From: a virus
DNA: 64,000 nt
Strand: one strand, 5' to 3'
IMG/VR virus record: IMGVR_UViG_3300031963_012969
Shown: positions 38,486 to 47,426 of the stretch, in pieces
Numbering within the stretch: the stretch's first letter is position 1
How the letters are laid out: each line of letters starts with the position of its first letter
The notes under the pieces: model-generated
The model's input: only the letters and a program-made list of their open reading frames with translations
What the model was told of the DNA's origin: nothing
The model's database searches: none
Program-made: the position numbers and the translations under genes

Positions 38486-41242
38486 TTAGATAACAGTAAG
38501 TTTAACTTGAATCACGTTGACTGGGTAAGGCAACGTAAGATTGATGTCAACAAGAACCCTGGTTCTGATCAATGGATCAGTACCAATGTTCGCTATCTCA
38601 AAGTTTAACAATTGAGGACCAGCCTTGACAGTGACAGCTCTTCCTTGTAAGAAGGTGAGTCTATCAACAAGTCTTGTCTTAAGAAGCTGCTGGAAGAACG
38701 GGTGATTGTTCCATTGTCCGATGAATTGTCTCAAGTCTTCTCTGATTAACTTAGAAATCGAGTCAAGATTTGTAGTAATAGACACTTCAGCCATATTGTC
38801 GTCAGTGTAATCTGTCGTCAATTGATGTCTGTTGAATATTTCACCACCATTTCTGTCTTGGTCGATGATCCATGTTCCACCGCCAGCAATTATATTGAGG
38901 TCGGTCATAGTGAAGTAAGGAGTGGACCTATCAGCTCTTGTGAAACCATTTAAGATAACATTAGTAACTGGTTGATGAGGAGCAACGCCAGACTTAAGTC
39001 CAGCAATCGCTGCTGCAGCAAAATACCCAGCAACAGAAAGGTCCCCGTCTCTAAGAATATCTGGCCAGACATTCACAACACGTCTAACTCCGAGTCTTTC
39101 GGATGAAGCAGCAATTTTTTCGGCTTGCTCACGTTTTGTTAAATTTCTGACTATTTGAATTCTGCGAGGCGACGATTCGGATCCAACTGGAGCCGAGAAC
39201 GCAGGAGACTCTAATCTGAGTGTTTGCTCGTCCAGAACTTCAACAACCTTGAAGGATTGATAAACATCATTACCTAATGCGTCAACCGTGAAGTTGGATC
39301 TAAATGTATCTCCTGCTCTAACTCTGTCCGTAAGGAGCGAGGCACCAGGGACAGTGACTCTGTTGTAGACAGCTGGTTCAGAGCCAGGAGCCATTTCAAC
39401 ATAGCCAGTCCATGCTGTTGCACCATCAGCCAATTTATCATAGAGCATTGTAACTGGAGAGAAAGATTGATTGACAATTGCAATTCTTTCGCGTGCAACC
39501 ATTTCATCACTTGCGCTCATTACATGCCCTTTAGCGGCCTGTATAATTCTCTCGTCGCTAGACATTGGAACAATATAGTATGCGGTAACCTCATTAAGGG
39601 TAGCGTCAAACGCTCTATTGTATCCATCAAGGTTGTCTTCATCAACTGGGACAAAGTAAACTCTAGTGCCACCAGAATTTTGAAGAGCCTTAAACACGCC
39701 ATAAGCAATTGGATTCTCTGGAACCAATTTTCCGCATTGAGCTGGTATTAACGATGGCTCAGAGATCGAATTAATTCTAAGAGCATTTTGAAGCTGAAGT
39801 GCTTTGTAACCAATTAATACTCTAGCGCTCTTAATCTCAAGATTAGATAGAGCTCCGCTCAATTCAGTGAATTGAGAGTCATTGATATAAATATCGCTCT
39901 GAAGAGCTAAAGTAGCGTCACCAGTTTCATCGTCAACATCAAGAGACCAAGCATTGTCACCAGGTCTAGGATAACCAGCACGTGGAATTACGATTGAGTC
40001 AACATTGTGGCAGAATTCAACAGATATATCTGTGGAGCTGCTAACACTAGATGGAACTTTGTCGAGCAACTTAATTGTTCTAGCCTCACCAGCTGTAGAA
40101 GCGGTGACAGGGATATAGAATATATCGCCAGTTCTCAAGCCGTCATTCTCGGATACATCAAATTTTCCGACGAGACCCAAAGATCCAAGGAAGAAGTTTC
40201 CATTACTTGTATCAACTTTTTGAGGAGGAAGTGCATCAATCGCATTATTAGTTGTAACAACAACTTCAAGATTTTGACTCCATGTTCCGCCTTTAATTAC
40301 TTCAACTTCGTAAACAGTGTCATATAAACCTGCGTAATCTTTTCCTGGATCAGCGTTGTCAATCGATGGTAAATTTTGTTCAAATTTTTTCGCAACCGAA
40401 ACGACATACGAATCTCCAACGACAAACCCGTTAGTAGAACTAAAGTCAATAGAAAGACCATTTGTTCCAACGGCAAGTGATATACCGGAAATAGAAGAAA
40501 CAGCAACATTGTCGCCATTTAAGCTAGTGACCGAAAACTTAGCAGCAGATCCATTTCCGCCAGCTGTTACTGTTATTGTATATACATCGTCTAATCTACC
40601 GCTTCTGAGATCTCCAGAATAATCACTAGAAACACTTTGAGCAATAGATCTACCGCTACCGGTTGCTTCATTTATTGCGGCAACAGTAAAGGCATCACTA
40701 GCGTAAAATTTATTACTGATGTCTGCAGAGATTGTGCCTATTTGTGCATCAACTCTATCACGGATAATGTCAAACACTCTAGTTTTGAGTTGTGTTACAC
40801 CACCAGAAGAGACAATAACAGAGTCACCAACTTTGACGTCTCTATTCTTGAATGCAGAATTTCTACTCGCGGAAATTTCTGGATATGCAACGAATCCGTC
40901 TGCAGTATCAGATATCTTAAGCAGATTTTGGCTGCTTCCGACATTAATAACTGGAGAGGAGAGTTGAGCATATTTAGCTGTGACGTCTTTTAGATTCACT
41001 AAAACTGAATCTCTTTCAAGGATGTCTAAATCTGTGTATCCTTTGATTTTGTATGTTTGGTCAACTAAATTGTTAAAAGCTCCATAATCAACGAAAGCTT
41101 CGTCTTCTGGATCATTAACGTCTCTGACCAATTTTTGGGGTCCTACGATCACTGCAATAAGATCTTGAGTAGCTGCTGCTGGGAGCGCCACAAAATCTTG
41201 CTGAACGATCACCTGTGGGAGTAAGTATGTTCTTTTAGCCAT
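38486..41242 (-). CDS. Contractile tail sheath protein
   Basis: 918 aa; RRVVNVWP, AAAAIAGL, RHQLTT, EVSITTNLD, PYPVNVIQV sheath-type motifs. Confidence 0.85.
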   Translation of the reverse strand: MAKRTYLLPQVIVQQDFVALPAAATQDLIAVIVGPQKLVRDVNDPEDEAFVDYGAFNNLVDQTYKIKGYTDLDILERDSVLVNLKDVTAKYAQLSSPVINVGSSQNLLKISDTADGFVAYPEISASRNSAFKNRDVKVGDSVIVSSGGVTQLKTRVFDIIRDRVDAQIGTISADISNKFYASDAFTVAAINEATGSGRSIAQSVSSDYSGDLRSGRLDDVYTITVTAGGNGSAAKFSVTSLNGDNVAVSSISGISLAVGTNGLSIDFSSTNGFVVGDSYVVSVAKKFEQNLPSIDNADPGKDYAGLYDTVYEVEVIKGGTWSQNLEVVVTTNNAIDALPPQKVDTSNGNFFLGSLGLVGKFDVSENDGLRTGDIFYIPVTASTAGEARTIKLLDKVPSSVSSSTDISVEFCHNVDSIVIPRAGYPRPGDNAWSLDVDDETGDATLALQSDIYINDSQFTELSGALSNLEIKSARVLIGYKALQLQNALRINSISEPSLIPAQCGKLVPENPIAYGVFKALQNSGGTRVYFVPVDEDNLDGYNRAFDATLNEVTAYYIVPMSSDERIIQAAKGHVMSASDEMVARERIAIVNQSFSPVTMLYDKLADGATAWTGYVEMAPGSEPAVYNRVTVPGASLLTDRVRAGDTFRSNFTVDALGNDVYQSFKVVEVLDEQTLRLESPAFSAPVGSESSPRRIQIVRNLTKREQAEKIAASSERLGVRRVVNVWPDILRDGDLSVAGYFAAAAIAGLKSGVAPHQPVTNVILNGFTRADRSTPYFTMTDLNIIAGGGTWIIDQDRNGGEIFNRHQLTTDYTDDNMAEVSITTNLDSISKLIREDLRQFIGQWNNHPFFQQLLKTRLVDRLTFLQGRAVTVKAGPQLLNFEIANIGTDPLIRTRVLVDINLTLPYPVNVIQVKLTVI

Positions 41243-41264
41243 AATTTTATTTTTATATTATTTA

Positions 41265-41945
41265 TTAGATTTTCTGTTCTGACAAGATTTTTTTGGCAGA
41301 GTCAGAGTAAATTAGGTTTGTAAACACAGATTTAATCCTAAGGTTTTCTGTTTTTACTCCTAATATCTCTTGATATTTTAACTCACATAAAAAATCTGTC
41401 ACGAAAAACTCTTTATATTCTTCTATTTTTTGTGTTTCGGTCATCTGTGACGCTCTGAATTTCTCAAAGCAAAAAGCTTCAGATATTTGATGTCCAAACG
41501 CCGATACAAAATATTTTACTTCTGTAGCCAGTTCTAAACTGGATAGCATATTCTCTGATATACATCTAAATCTTATTACAGATTCAACTATATTCAACAT
41601 ATAAGTTGTGGAATTTTGTAGATCGTGTAAAGAATAATCTCCAAGAGATTGCTGTGGATATGCTATTTGTTTAATACCAACAAGTATTGCAGGTCTTTTT
41701 CCAATCACAGACCTATTCGCGTTATGCTCTTCGCTTATCCACACATTTGATTCTGCTTGGTCTTCTTTCCATAAATACTTAGAGAAATCAGTTGATATTC
41801 TATTTTCTGTACCAAAAAACTGCTTAAGGGTGGCCACAAAAACAGATATTGCATATATAGGACTTTTTATTCTATGTCCTGTGTGCGGTTTTACCGGATA
41901 AAGCCTGACTCCGTCTGGAGCAATCAATGTATCGTCTGTATCCAT
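41265..41945 (-). CDS. Putative tail terminator / completion protein
   Basis: KRPAILV motif; position between neck and sheath genes. Confidence 0.5.
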   Translation of the reverse strand: MDTDDTLIAPDGVRLYPVKPHTGHRIKSPIYAISVFVATLKQFFGTENRISTDFSKYLWKEDQAESNVWISEEHNANRSVIGKRPAILVGIKQIAYPQQSLGDYSLHDLQNSTTYMLNIVESVIRFRCISENMLSSLELATEVKYFVSAFGHQISEAFCFEKFRASQMTETQKIEEYKEFFVTDFLCELKYQEILGVKTENLRIKSVFTNLIYSDSAKKILSEQKI

Positions 41946-41947
41946 TT

Positions 41948-42721
41948 TTATATTTTTATTTTGTGGGATGGGTCGGTAACTGGAAGCCTTGAAGCTAAAA
42001 CTTGCTGTTTTATTGTCATTGTTCTGAATTCTATTTCTTCCACTTTTCTTACCTCATACCTAGAATTTGTAAGTGGCGCAACCCAAATGTCTTGAGGTTT
42101 AATAACCGGAAACGGCATAGTAAAAAATAAAACATTGTCAGGTTCCGATATGCCAGTCTCTTCAACTGATAATTGTTTTGTAGTTGTTGGTGGGGCGTCT
42201 GCATATGCAACATGCATTTCTATTGCGGGCCAGTATCCCCCTTTAAATTTTTTTCCGAGCCCAGACTCGTCTTCAGTTCCAACTGGAGAACCTAATATGG
42301 GGTGAACATTATCTGCTACCTCCCCAAATGTTTTTAATCTTAACAAGAATCCTGGGATACCAGAAAATTTTTTAAGTTCTATATTCCATCTTCTAAGCAT
42401 TTCTCTGTATCTAAGAAAATCTTGTTTACTTAATGTATTATTATAAAAACTTGGAGCACTTATGTCCTGAACTCTTCCACCTTCTTTTGCAACAGCCCTA
42501 AACCATATTGGGTCTGTATTGGACAATAATCTATCAGTAAACTTCAGGGTAACGTCTGATACATTAATTACAGTCTTTAACGTTTTCCATGGACCACTTT
42601 CATTTGGTCCCCACTCTATATCAAAACTGAACAATCCGTTACCTATTCCAAACCATGATATATCATAACTCCCCAATAATGTAGAGGGGGAAACGCAAAA
42701 TTTTGTAAATTTGAACGCCAT
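41948..42721 (-). CDS. Putative head closure / neck protein
   Basis: FKGGYWPA and FPVIKPQDIWV...RYEV motifs; synteny. Confidence 0.55.
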   Translation of the reverse strand: MAFKFTKFCVSPSTLLGSYDISWFGIGNGLFSFDIEWGPNESGPWKTLKTVINVSDVTLKFTDRLLSNTDPIWFRAVAKEGGRVQDISAPSFYNNTLSKQDFLRYREMLRRWNIELKKFSGIPGFLLRLKTFGEVADNVHPILGSPVGTEDESGLGKKFKGGYWPAIEMHVAYADAPPTTTKQLSVEETGISEPDNVLFFTMPFPVIKPQDIWVAPLTNSRYEVRKVEEIEFRTMTIKQQVLASRLPVTDPSHKIKI

Positions 42722-42722
42722 T

Positions 42723-43178
42723 TTAGAATGGTCTTAAATAACTATATGGCCCAGAAATAAAGCCAAAAGCTTGTTCAGCGTTTTTTGTCTTCTTTATTTG
42801 AGTGATACGTTGGTCAAACTCCTGCATCATTACATTAGCAATAGATAGGTATTCTCCAGTCTTCTGTTTATCTTGTATAGTTGTTCCATCTTTAGTTGAA
42901 AAGTCTAACCTATTTCTAGTGTAGTTCATCGCCTTTGATCTAAGCAATGATGCAGCAGTTCCGAGTAGCATTTCATATCTATACGGAAAATTTTCGACTG
43001 TATATACGTCAACCATTGGAAGTGTTGAATTATATTTATCTACAGTTAACTGCATACCAGAATGTATTTCTTCGTCAGAAAATTCAACAGAATCCAACAA
43101 GAAATTCTCTGAGGCTGTGCGATCCATCATGAAGAATCGCACATCCTGTGGAGTTACTATCTGGACTTCTGGGGTCAT
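42723..43178 (-). CDS. Putative head-tail adaptor (neck) protein
   Basis: VRFFMMD...FSDEEI...YNSTLP pattern typical of connector proteins; synteny. Confidence 0.6.
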   Translation of the reverse strand: MTPEVQIVTPQDVRFFMMDRTASENFLLDSVEFSDEEIHSGMQLTVDKYNSTLPMVDVYTVENFPYRYEMLLGTAASLLRSKAMNYTRNRLDFSTKDGTTIQDKQKTGEYLSIANVMMQEFDQRITQIKKTKNAEQAFGFISGPYSYLRPF

Positions 43179-43183
43179 TATTT

Positions 43184-43672
43184 TTATTTTCCTTGGTAAT
43201 ATTTCAATAATTCACCAATTTGTTGTATGTTCATTTGTGGAACACCTATCGACAACGCTGCAGCTTGTGCATTTTGTTTACTTTTCTGTAAGGTGTTTTC
43301 AACTTTGTCTTTGAATGACAATATAGGAATATTTTTATCTACATTAGCGTTCGCAACCTGCCTTGCAGCATCTAGTCCCGTTTGGAACAAAGAAGGGGCC
43401 GCCGCAGCACCTAGTCCGCCAACAACACCACCAGTTGCACCACCAAGCGCCATGCCCTTCAGAATTTGTTTAACTCTACTTTTTTTGTTTCCTTCTTTGT
43501 CGTATCCTGGGTCACCTGCTTGACTTATGCCACCGATAAGTGCACCGAAACCAGCTCCACCTGCTGCTGCAGCTGGAAGTCCTTTTACCACTGATTCGAT
43601 TTGATTGAATGGTTTATATTCATTGACGGCTTTCGACAATGAATCCATATACGTATTTGCGTATTTATTCAT
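43184..43672 (-). CDS. Putative internal head (cargo) protein with MNKY leader and glycine zippers
   Basis: MNKYANTYMDSL; AAAAGGAGFGALIGGI and GMALGGATGGVVGGLGA. Confidence 0.7.
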   Translation of the reverse strand: MNKYANTYMDSLSKAVNEYKPFNQIESVVKGLPAAAAGGAGFGALIGGISQAGDPGYDKEGNKKSRVKQILKGMALGGATGGVVGGLGAAAAPSLFQTGLDAARQVANANVDKNIPILSFKDKVENTLQKSKQNAQAAALSIGVPQMNIQQIGELLKYYQGK

Positions 43673-43683
43673 AAATTATTGTA

Positions 43684-44055
43684 TTATTCTCTATATAGAG
43701 GAGGTAAAAGTAAGCCACCGAGAGCACCAAGGCTGGCCCCACCTGCTATTCCTAGTGGGATAGAAACTGCCTGCACTCTTGCTTTTGGCATTCTCATTTC
43801 GTTAGCAAACGAAATACCACTTAATAAATTACCTCCATCTGAATTAGCTAGAGCAAAATCTCTTATTACACCAGAGCCCATTCCTCCAGCAAGTCCACCA
43901 GCACCAGCCCCAATTGCAGCCCCAGTAACCGTGTCCCTTAGCATTCGTTTGATTTTTTGAATAGTTGTTAATTTTTTTGTTTTATTTTCGGTAGAGGGTA
44001 GATCTTTTAGTTCTTCCCCGACTTTCTGTATATAAATGTTTGTATATTTATTCAT
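43684..44055 (-). CDS. Putative internal head (cargo) protein with MNKY leader and glycine zippers
   Basis: MNKYTNIYIQKV; GAAIGAGAGGLAGGMG and LGIAGGASLGALGGLL. Confidence 0.7.
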   Translation of the reverse strand: MNKYTNIYIQKVGEELKDLPSTENKTKKLTTIQKIKRMLRDTVTGAAIGAGAGGLAGGMGSGVIRDFALANSDGGNLLSGISFANEMRMPKARVQAVSIPLGIAGGASLGALGGLLLPPLYRE

Positions 44056-44068
44056 AAGTTATTTTATA

Positions 44069-44608
44069 TTATCCAAACCGCTTTTTAAAAGCAGCTAAAT
44101 TATTTACTGTTTCTGATCTATTGAATCCATGGGATTTTGAGTAATCCCATTGACCATCTGAACCAGCCATAGCTGAGTCCATACTATTTAAAAAGTTTTT
44201 AGACAATTCAGAATTTCTTTCCATGTTCTTTATTCCATACCCTCCAAGAGAGTTCCCCAGACTTGATTTATATGCATCAACCCTGCTTCCACCTGGAGTT
44301 ATTTTATCCAACAATGCTTGAAAAATAGTGTTCTTGCCTAATCTACCAAACATTTTTAGATTTGGATTTGAAGCTAATATAGATGGAATATTTTTACTGG
44401 CAATGCGCCCTCTAGCCTTCATTGACTCATAAGCGTAGTCAGAAACATTAGGTCTTTTCATTAATCCAAATTCTTGCAGCTTAGCATAAAGTGGAGATAT
44501 TTGTCCATGATTTGCTGGATTCCCGGCAGACACAAAAGACCTTGAGTGATCTAAATTTAACCCAGATTGGATTAATTCATTTAAGTAATTTTGTGAGTAC
44601 TTATTCAT
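44069..44608 (-). CDS. MNKY-leader protein paralogous to the tape-measure N-terminal domain
   Basis: KRPNVSDY, TPGGS, WDYSKSHGFNRSET match tape-measure KRPSVSDY, TPGGS, WDYSKSRGFSRAET. Confidence 0.8.
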   Translation of the reverse strand: MNKYSQNYLNELIQSGLNLDHSRSFVSAGNPANHGQISPLYAKLQEFGLMKRPNVSDYAYESMKARGRIASKNIPSILASNPNLKMFGRLGKNTIFQALLDKITPGGSRVDAYKSSLGNSLGGYGIKNMERNSELSKNFLNSMDSAMAGSDGQWDYSKSHGFNRSETVNNLAAFKKRFG

Positions 44609-45027
44609 TAAATAGAACTTATTATATGCTTGTACTCAATATTGTAAAAGTCAAAAATTTTTAAAGCTTCTTCGCTTCTTTGGTATACCTCTTTGTATAT
44701 AACTTTTTTTATTCCATGTGATGCTATATTCAATGCACATGCTGGGCACGGCATCAAGGTCGAGGCCAATAAGAAACCTTCTCCATTGTTTACGAGTGAC
44801 AATGCATTTGTCTCTGCATGTATTACCAATGGCAGTCGTTTTTCTCTGTCTTCCCAAAAATCATCTGGAGCTACCTTTCCTGGGGCTAAACCATTATAGC
44901 CAGTTGAAATAACTCTATTATTTTTATCAAGAATGCACACACCAACCCTTTTCCATGGATCCTCGCTTCTTGTTCTGGCGACCTCAGCTATTTGCAGTGC
45001 GTACTCTTCCCAATTAATTCTTTTCAT
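44608..45027 (-). CDS. dCMP deaminase
   Basis: RSEDP, TGYNG, HAE and PCPAC zinc-deaminase motifs; true start MKRINW at 45027 (the ORF-track extension lies inside a tRNA). Confidence 0.92.
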   Translation of the reverse strand: MKRINWEEYALQIAEVARTRSEDPWKRVGVCILDKNNRVISTGYNGLAPGKVAPDDFWEDREKRLPLVIHAETNALSLVNNGEGFLLASTLMPCPACALNIASHGIKKVIYKEVYQRSEEALKIFDFYNIEYKHIISSI

Positions 45028-45047
45028 TTTTGTTGTGTTGTGTGTTT

Positions 45048-45122
45048 TGGCATCTCCAAGGGGATTTGAACCCCTACTCTTTCCGTGAAAGGGAAAGGTG
45101 CTAACCATTACACTATAGAGAC
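45048..45122 (-). tRNA. trnE: tRNA-Glu (anticodon TTC)
   Basis: GTCTCTA/TGGAGAT acceptor stem, TTTCC-CTTTCAC-GGAAA anticodon arm, GGTTCAAATCC T-arm, encoded CCA. Confidence 0.92.
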
Positions 45123-45127
45123 AAAAT

Positions 45128-45202
45128 TGGAGCCGACAGTCGGATTCGAACCGACGACCAGCGGTTTACAAAACCGCTGCTCTACCTCTGAGCTATGTCG
45201 GC
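45128..45202 (-). tRNA. trnT: tRNA-Thr (anticodon TGT)
   Basis: GCCGACA/TGTCGGC acceptor stem, GCGGT-TTTGTAA-ACCGC arm, GGTTCGAATCC, encoded CCA. Confidence 0.95.
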
Positions 45203-45205
45203 AAG

Positions 45206-45281
45206 TGGTAGCGGGAGTGGGAATCGAACCCACCTAAAGAGGCTTATGAGACCCCCCAATTCGCCAGAATTGTATCCCGCA
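45206..45281 (-). tRNA. tRNA with CAT anticodon (Met, initiator-like 1:72 mismatch)
   Basis: TGCGGGA/TCCCGCT acceptor stem with U1:U72, loop CTCATAA, GGTTCGATTCC, encoded CCA. Confidence 0.85.
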
Positions 45282-45292
45282 ATGTAAAAACC

Positions 45293-45320
45293 AAAATAAT
45301 CGTTTTTATGACATTGTCAA
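45293..45320 (-). promoter_or_regulatory. Sigma-70-type promoter for the tRNA/dCMP deaminase island
   Basis: TTGACA-N16-TATTTT just downstream of the capsid terminator and 11 nt upstream of the first tRNA. Confidence 0.5.
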
Positions 45321-45323
45321 AGC

Positions 45324-45352
45324 AAAAAAAGAGGCGGCATTTCTGCCGCCTC
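45324..45352 (-). terminator. Intrinsic terminator after the major capsid gene
   Basis: GAGGCGGCA-GAAA-TGCCGCCTC followed by T7 on the minus strand. Confidence 0.9.
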
Positions 45353-45379
45353 AGTTTTTATTTACCAGGAGGGAAACTC

Positions 45380-46372
45380 TTAGAAGAATTTCGCTTTAGC
45401 CACACCAAATGGGTTACCGATAGAGGCACCAATCGAGGAGTAGATAAAGAACTCAACCATGAACGCACGACGATCAACAAACATAGTTGGTTGTTCGAGT
45501 TCGTAGAACTTGCCAAGGAATTGTGGCGCGGAGAAGTAATAAACTTCACCATCCTTAACGATGTCGTCCTTCATTGTGAAGAGGTGCTTATGGCCGAGAA
45601 GTGTAGTGGCCGAAAGACCGCCTTTGAACAACTCAGTCGAAAGATCACCGATATTGACGTGTTGGAACTTGAGGTACTCGCGTCCAGTATTAACATTCAT
45701 GACGATGAGGTCAGTGTTAAGACGGATAGGAGTTTGCTCAGCGCCGAGAACGCCACCACCAGGAGTAAAGCCTTTCGAGAGGATCTTTGTAGCCTCAACA
45801 AGAGATTCACGTGTCCAACCAGTGCTCACACCGAGTGGATTTCTGGAGGTATTCGTGAAGTCATAGTATTGAACCTTACCAGTAACAGGGCTGGCTGCGT
45901 TTCCAGTTGTTCCAACAATAGAATCAATTGTTTGGAAGAATGGAACGTCTTCAGCTGTCATGTGATCCTTAATCGCGTTTTCTTTGAACACGTTACGAAT
46001 ATCATAATCGTATTGCTCAAGTCTACGAACGTCTTGGAAGTAGCTTGGGCTAAGAATGCGAGCAAAGTCAACACGATATCTGTCGCCCTTCATGATACGA
46101 TTTTTAGGAAGTGTAGCAAAACCAACGCTCATCGAGAGTGGTTGCGAAACTTCTTTGTCAACGATCTTGACTGGCTCATCTGTATCGAGCTGCTTATCGA
46201 GCTCAGCGGCAGTGATTGTTTGAGGTGGGAGGATTTTACGAAGAAGACCCTCTTCACGGAGAGTTAAGCGTGTGAAGTCAGTTGCGACTTCAGCAGCCTT
46301 ATTGAGATCGTTCGAGGCGATCTTCTCCATGAATTTATCATTAATAAGTTTAGCTGGGATATTAGTATTCAT
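45380..46372 (-). CDS. Major capsid protein (HK97 fold, encapsulin-like size)
   Basis: 330 aa; LREEGLLRKILP start and terminal IGNPFGVAK; follows protease, scaffold and decoration genes; GGAGG RBS; terminator after it. Confidence 0.8.
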   Translation of the reverse strand: MNTNIPAKLINDKFMEKIASNDLNKAAEVATDFTRLTLREEGLLRKILPPQTITAAELDKQLDTDEPVKIVDKEVSQPLSMSVGFATLPKNRIMKGDRYRVDFARILSPSYFQDVRRLEQYDYDIRNVFKENAIKDHMTAEDVPFFQTIDSIVGTTGNAASPVTGKVQYYDFTNTSRNPLGVSTGWTRESLVEATKILSKGFTPGGGVLGAEQTPIRLNTDLIVMNVNTGREYLKFQHVNIGDLSTELFKGGLSATTLLGHKHLFTMKDDIVKDGEVYYFSAPQFLGKFYELEQPTMFVDRRAFMVEFFIYSSIGASIGNPFGVAKAKFF

Positions 46373-46389
46373 TTTAAATTATCCTCCAA

Positions 46390-46866
46390 TTATTTGGTTC
46401 TGTTTTCTCTTGGAACAAACGTAAGATACGTTTTTGTACCCAAGGAGTATGGTGCACGTGTAACAGTACCAATAACAACTTCAGTGCTGGCAGCAGCGCA
46501 AAGTTGACCATTTTTGGCGGTAAGCTCTGTTCCAACATTGAATGTGTCAGAGGTCTTATAATTGGTTGTTTCGATTTCGAGGGCATTGTTAAACCCAATT
46601 CCATGAATAGCGCCATATGGTAATTGACGGTAGCTGGATGGGCTGTGAGATCCACGATTTGTGGATGGGTCTGCGCTATCAACCATTATGATAAATGGAA
46701 GAGCGCTGATTGTTGTCGTAGCTGGTTTAGACCATTTGCCTGTTGAATCCACAACAGCGACATCACCCTGAGAGAGGGTAACACCTGTAGCGGCTGCAAG
46801 GCTTTTCTCTACGACGGAAGGATTTGGCCAACCCTTCACGATATTTACATTAACTTCGAGAGACAT
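46390..46866 (-). CDS. Capsid decoration/cement protein
   Basis: 158 aa beta-rich Ala/Thr protein immediately upstream of the major capsid gene. Confidence 0.6.
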   Translation of the reverse strand: MSLEVNVNIVKGWPNPSVVEKSLAAATGVTLSQGDVAVVDSTGKWSKPATTTISALPFIIMVDSADPSTNRGSHSPSSYRQLPYGAIHGIGFNNALEIETTNYKTSDTFNVGTELTAKNGQLCAAASTEVVIGTVTRAPYSLGTKTYLTFVPRENRTK

Positions 46867-46881
46867 TTTTTGTTTCCTTTT

Positions 46882-46951
46882 TTTAAGTTTTGCTCCTACT
46901 TCATGTTACTCATGTAACATCGTCTCGTGAGCCTGACGAGATCAACTTAAA
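46882..46951 (-). promoter_or_regulatory. Structured 5' leader (three-stem junction) upstream of the decoration/capsid genes
   Basis: Outer stem TTTAAGTT/AACTTAAA enclosing hairpins TCTCGT/ACGAGA and ATGTTAC/GTAACAT. Confidence 0.45.
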
Positions 46952-47012
46952 CTCTTGAATAAATTGATTTTTAATATTTTGTTATATTAATTAAAAATAA
47001 TCAATACTTTTA

Positions 47013-47405
47013 TTATCCTTCCATCACTAATTTCTCAAATGGATCTAATTCCGAAAGAGACTGCAAGTTGCTTGGTTGCCCAAAGCTTTCGGCTTTAAGC
47101 TCAGAAGCAACTTTGTCTAACACGTTAAAGATTTCAGTTGGGTTATCAGCAATTGAAGAAACAAATGCTACTTTATTCGACTCCTCTAATATACCTCTTG
47201 TAACTAAAGTGTCGGCTATTTTATTTAATCCAGATCTAAAGCTTTCTTTCTCAGAAGAAGCAATTTTTTCGAGTTGTTCGGCTTTTTTTACTGCACTTTC
47301 ATAAAGCGGCTCGATTTGCTTGAGTTTTTCTTGATCCTTAAATGCTGGGATAGCTTGTTCAGCAAGCTTCGCAGCATTTTCGATTAATTCTTTAAAATTA
47401 TTCAT
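47013..47405 (-). CDS. Small scaffold-like head protein
   Basis: 130 aa helical protein with several K-x-A motifs; AAGGAG RBS. Confidence 0.55.
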   Translation of the reverse strand: MNNFKELIENAAKLAEQAIPAFKDQEKLKQIEPLYESAVKKAEQLEKIASSEKESFRSGLNKIADTLVTRGILEESNKVAFVSSIADNPTEIFNVLDKVASELKAESFGQPSNLQSLSELDPFEKLVMEG

Positions 47406-47426
47406 ATTTATTTAACTCCTTTTTAA

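Noticed and set aside
21463-41242. Bacterial extracellular contractile injection system or tailocin locus
   Set aside because: Capsid, protease, scaffold, neck genes, tRNAs and an RNAP subunit indicate a complete phage
45028-45108. N-terminal extension of the dCMP deaminase in the ORF track
   Set aside because: Overlaps tRNA-Glu; the deaminase domain starts at MKRINW (45027)
45308-46267. 319-aa plus-strand ORF
   Set aside because: Antisense to the major capsid gene; explained by its biased codon usage; no recognisable motifs
46933-46965. CTGACGA as a hammerhead ribozyme core on the plus strand
   Set aside because: No stem II followed by GAAA and no matching stems I/III
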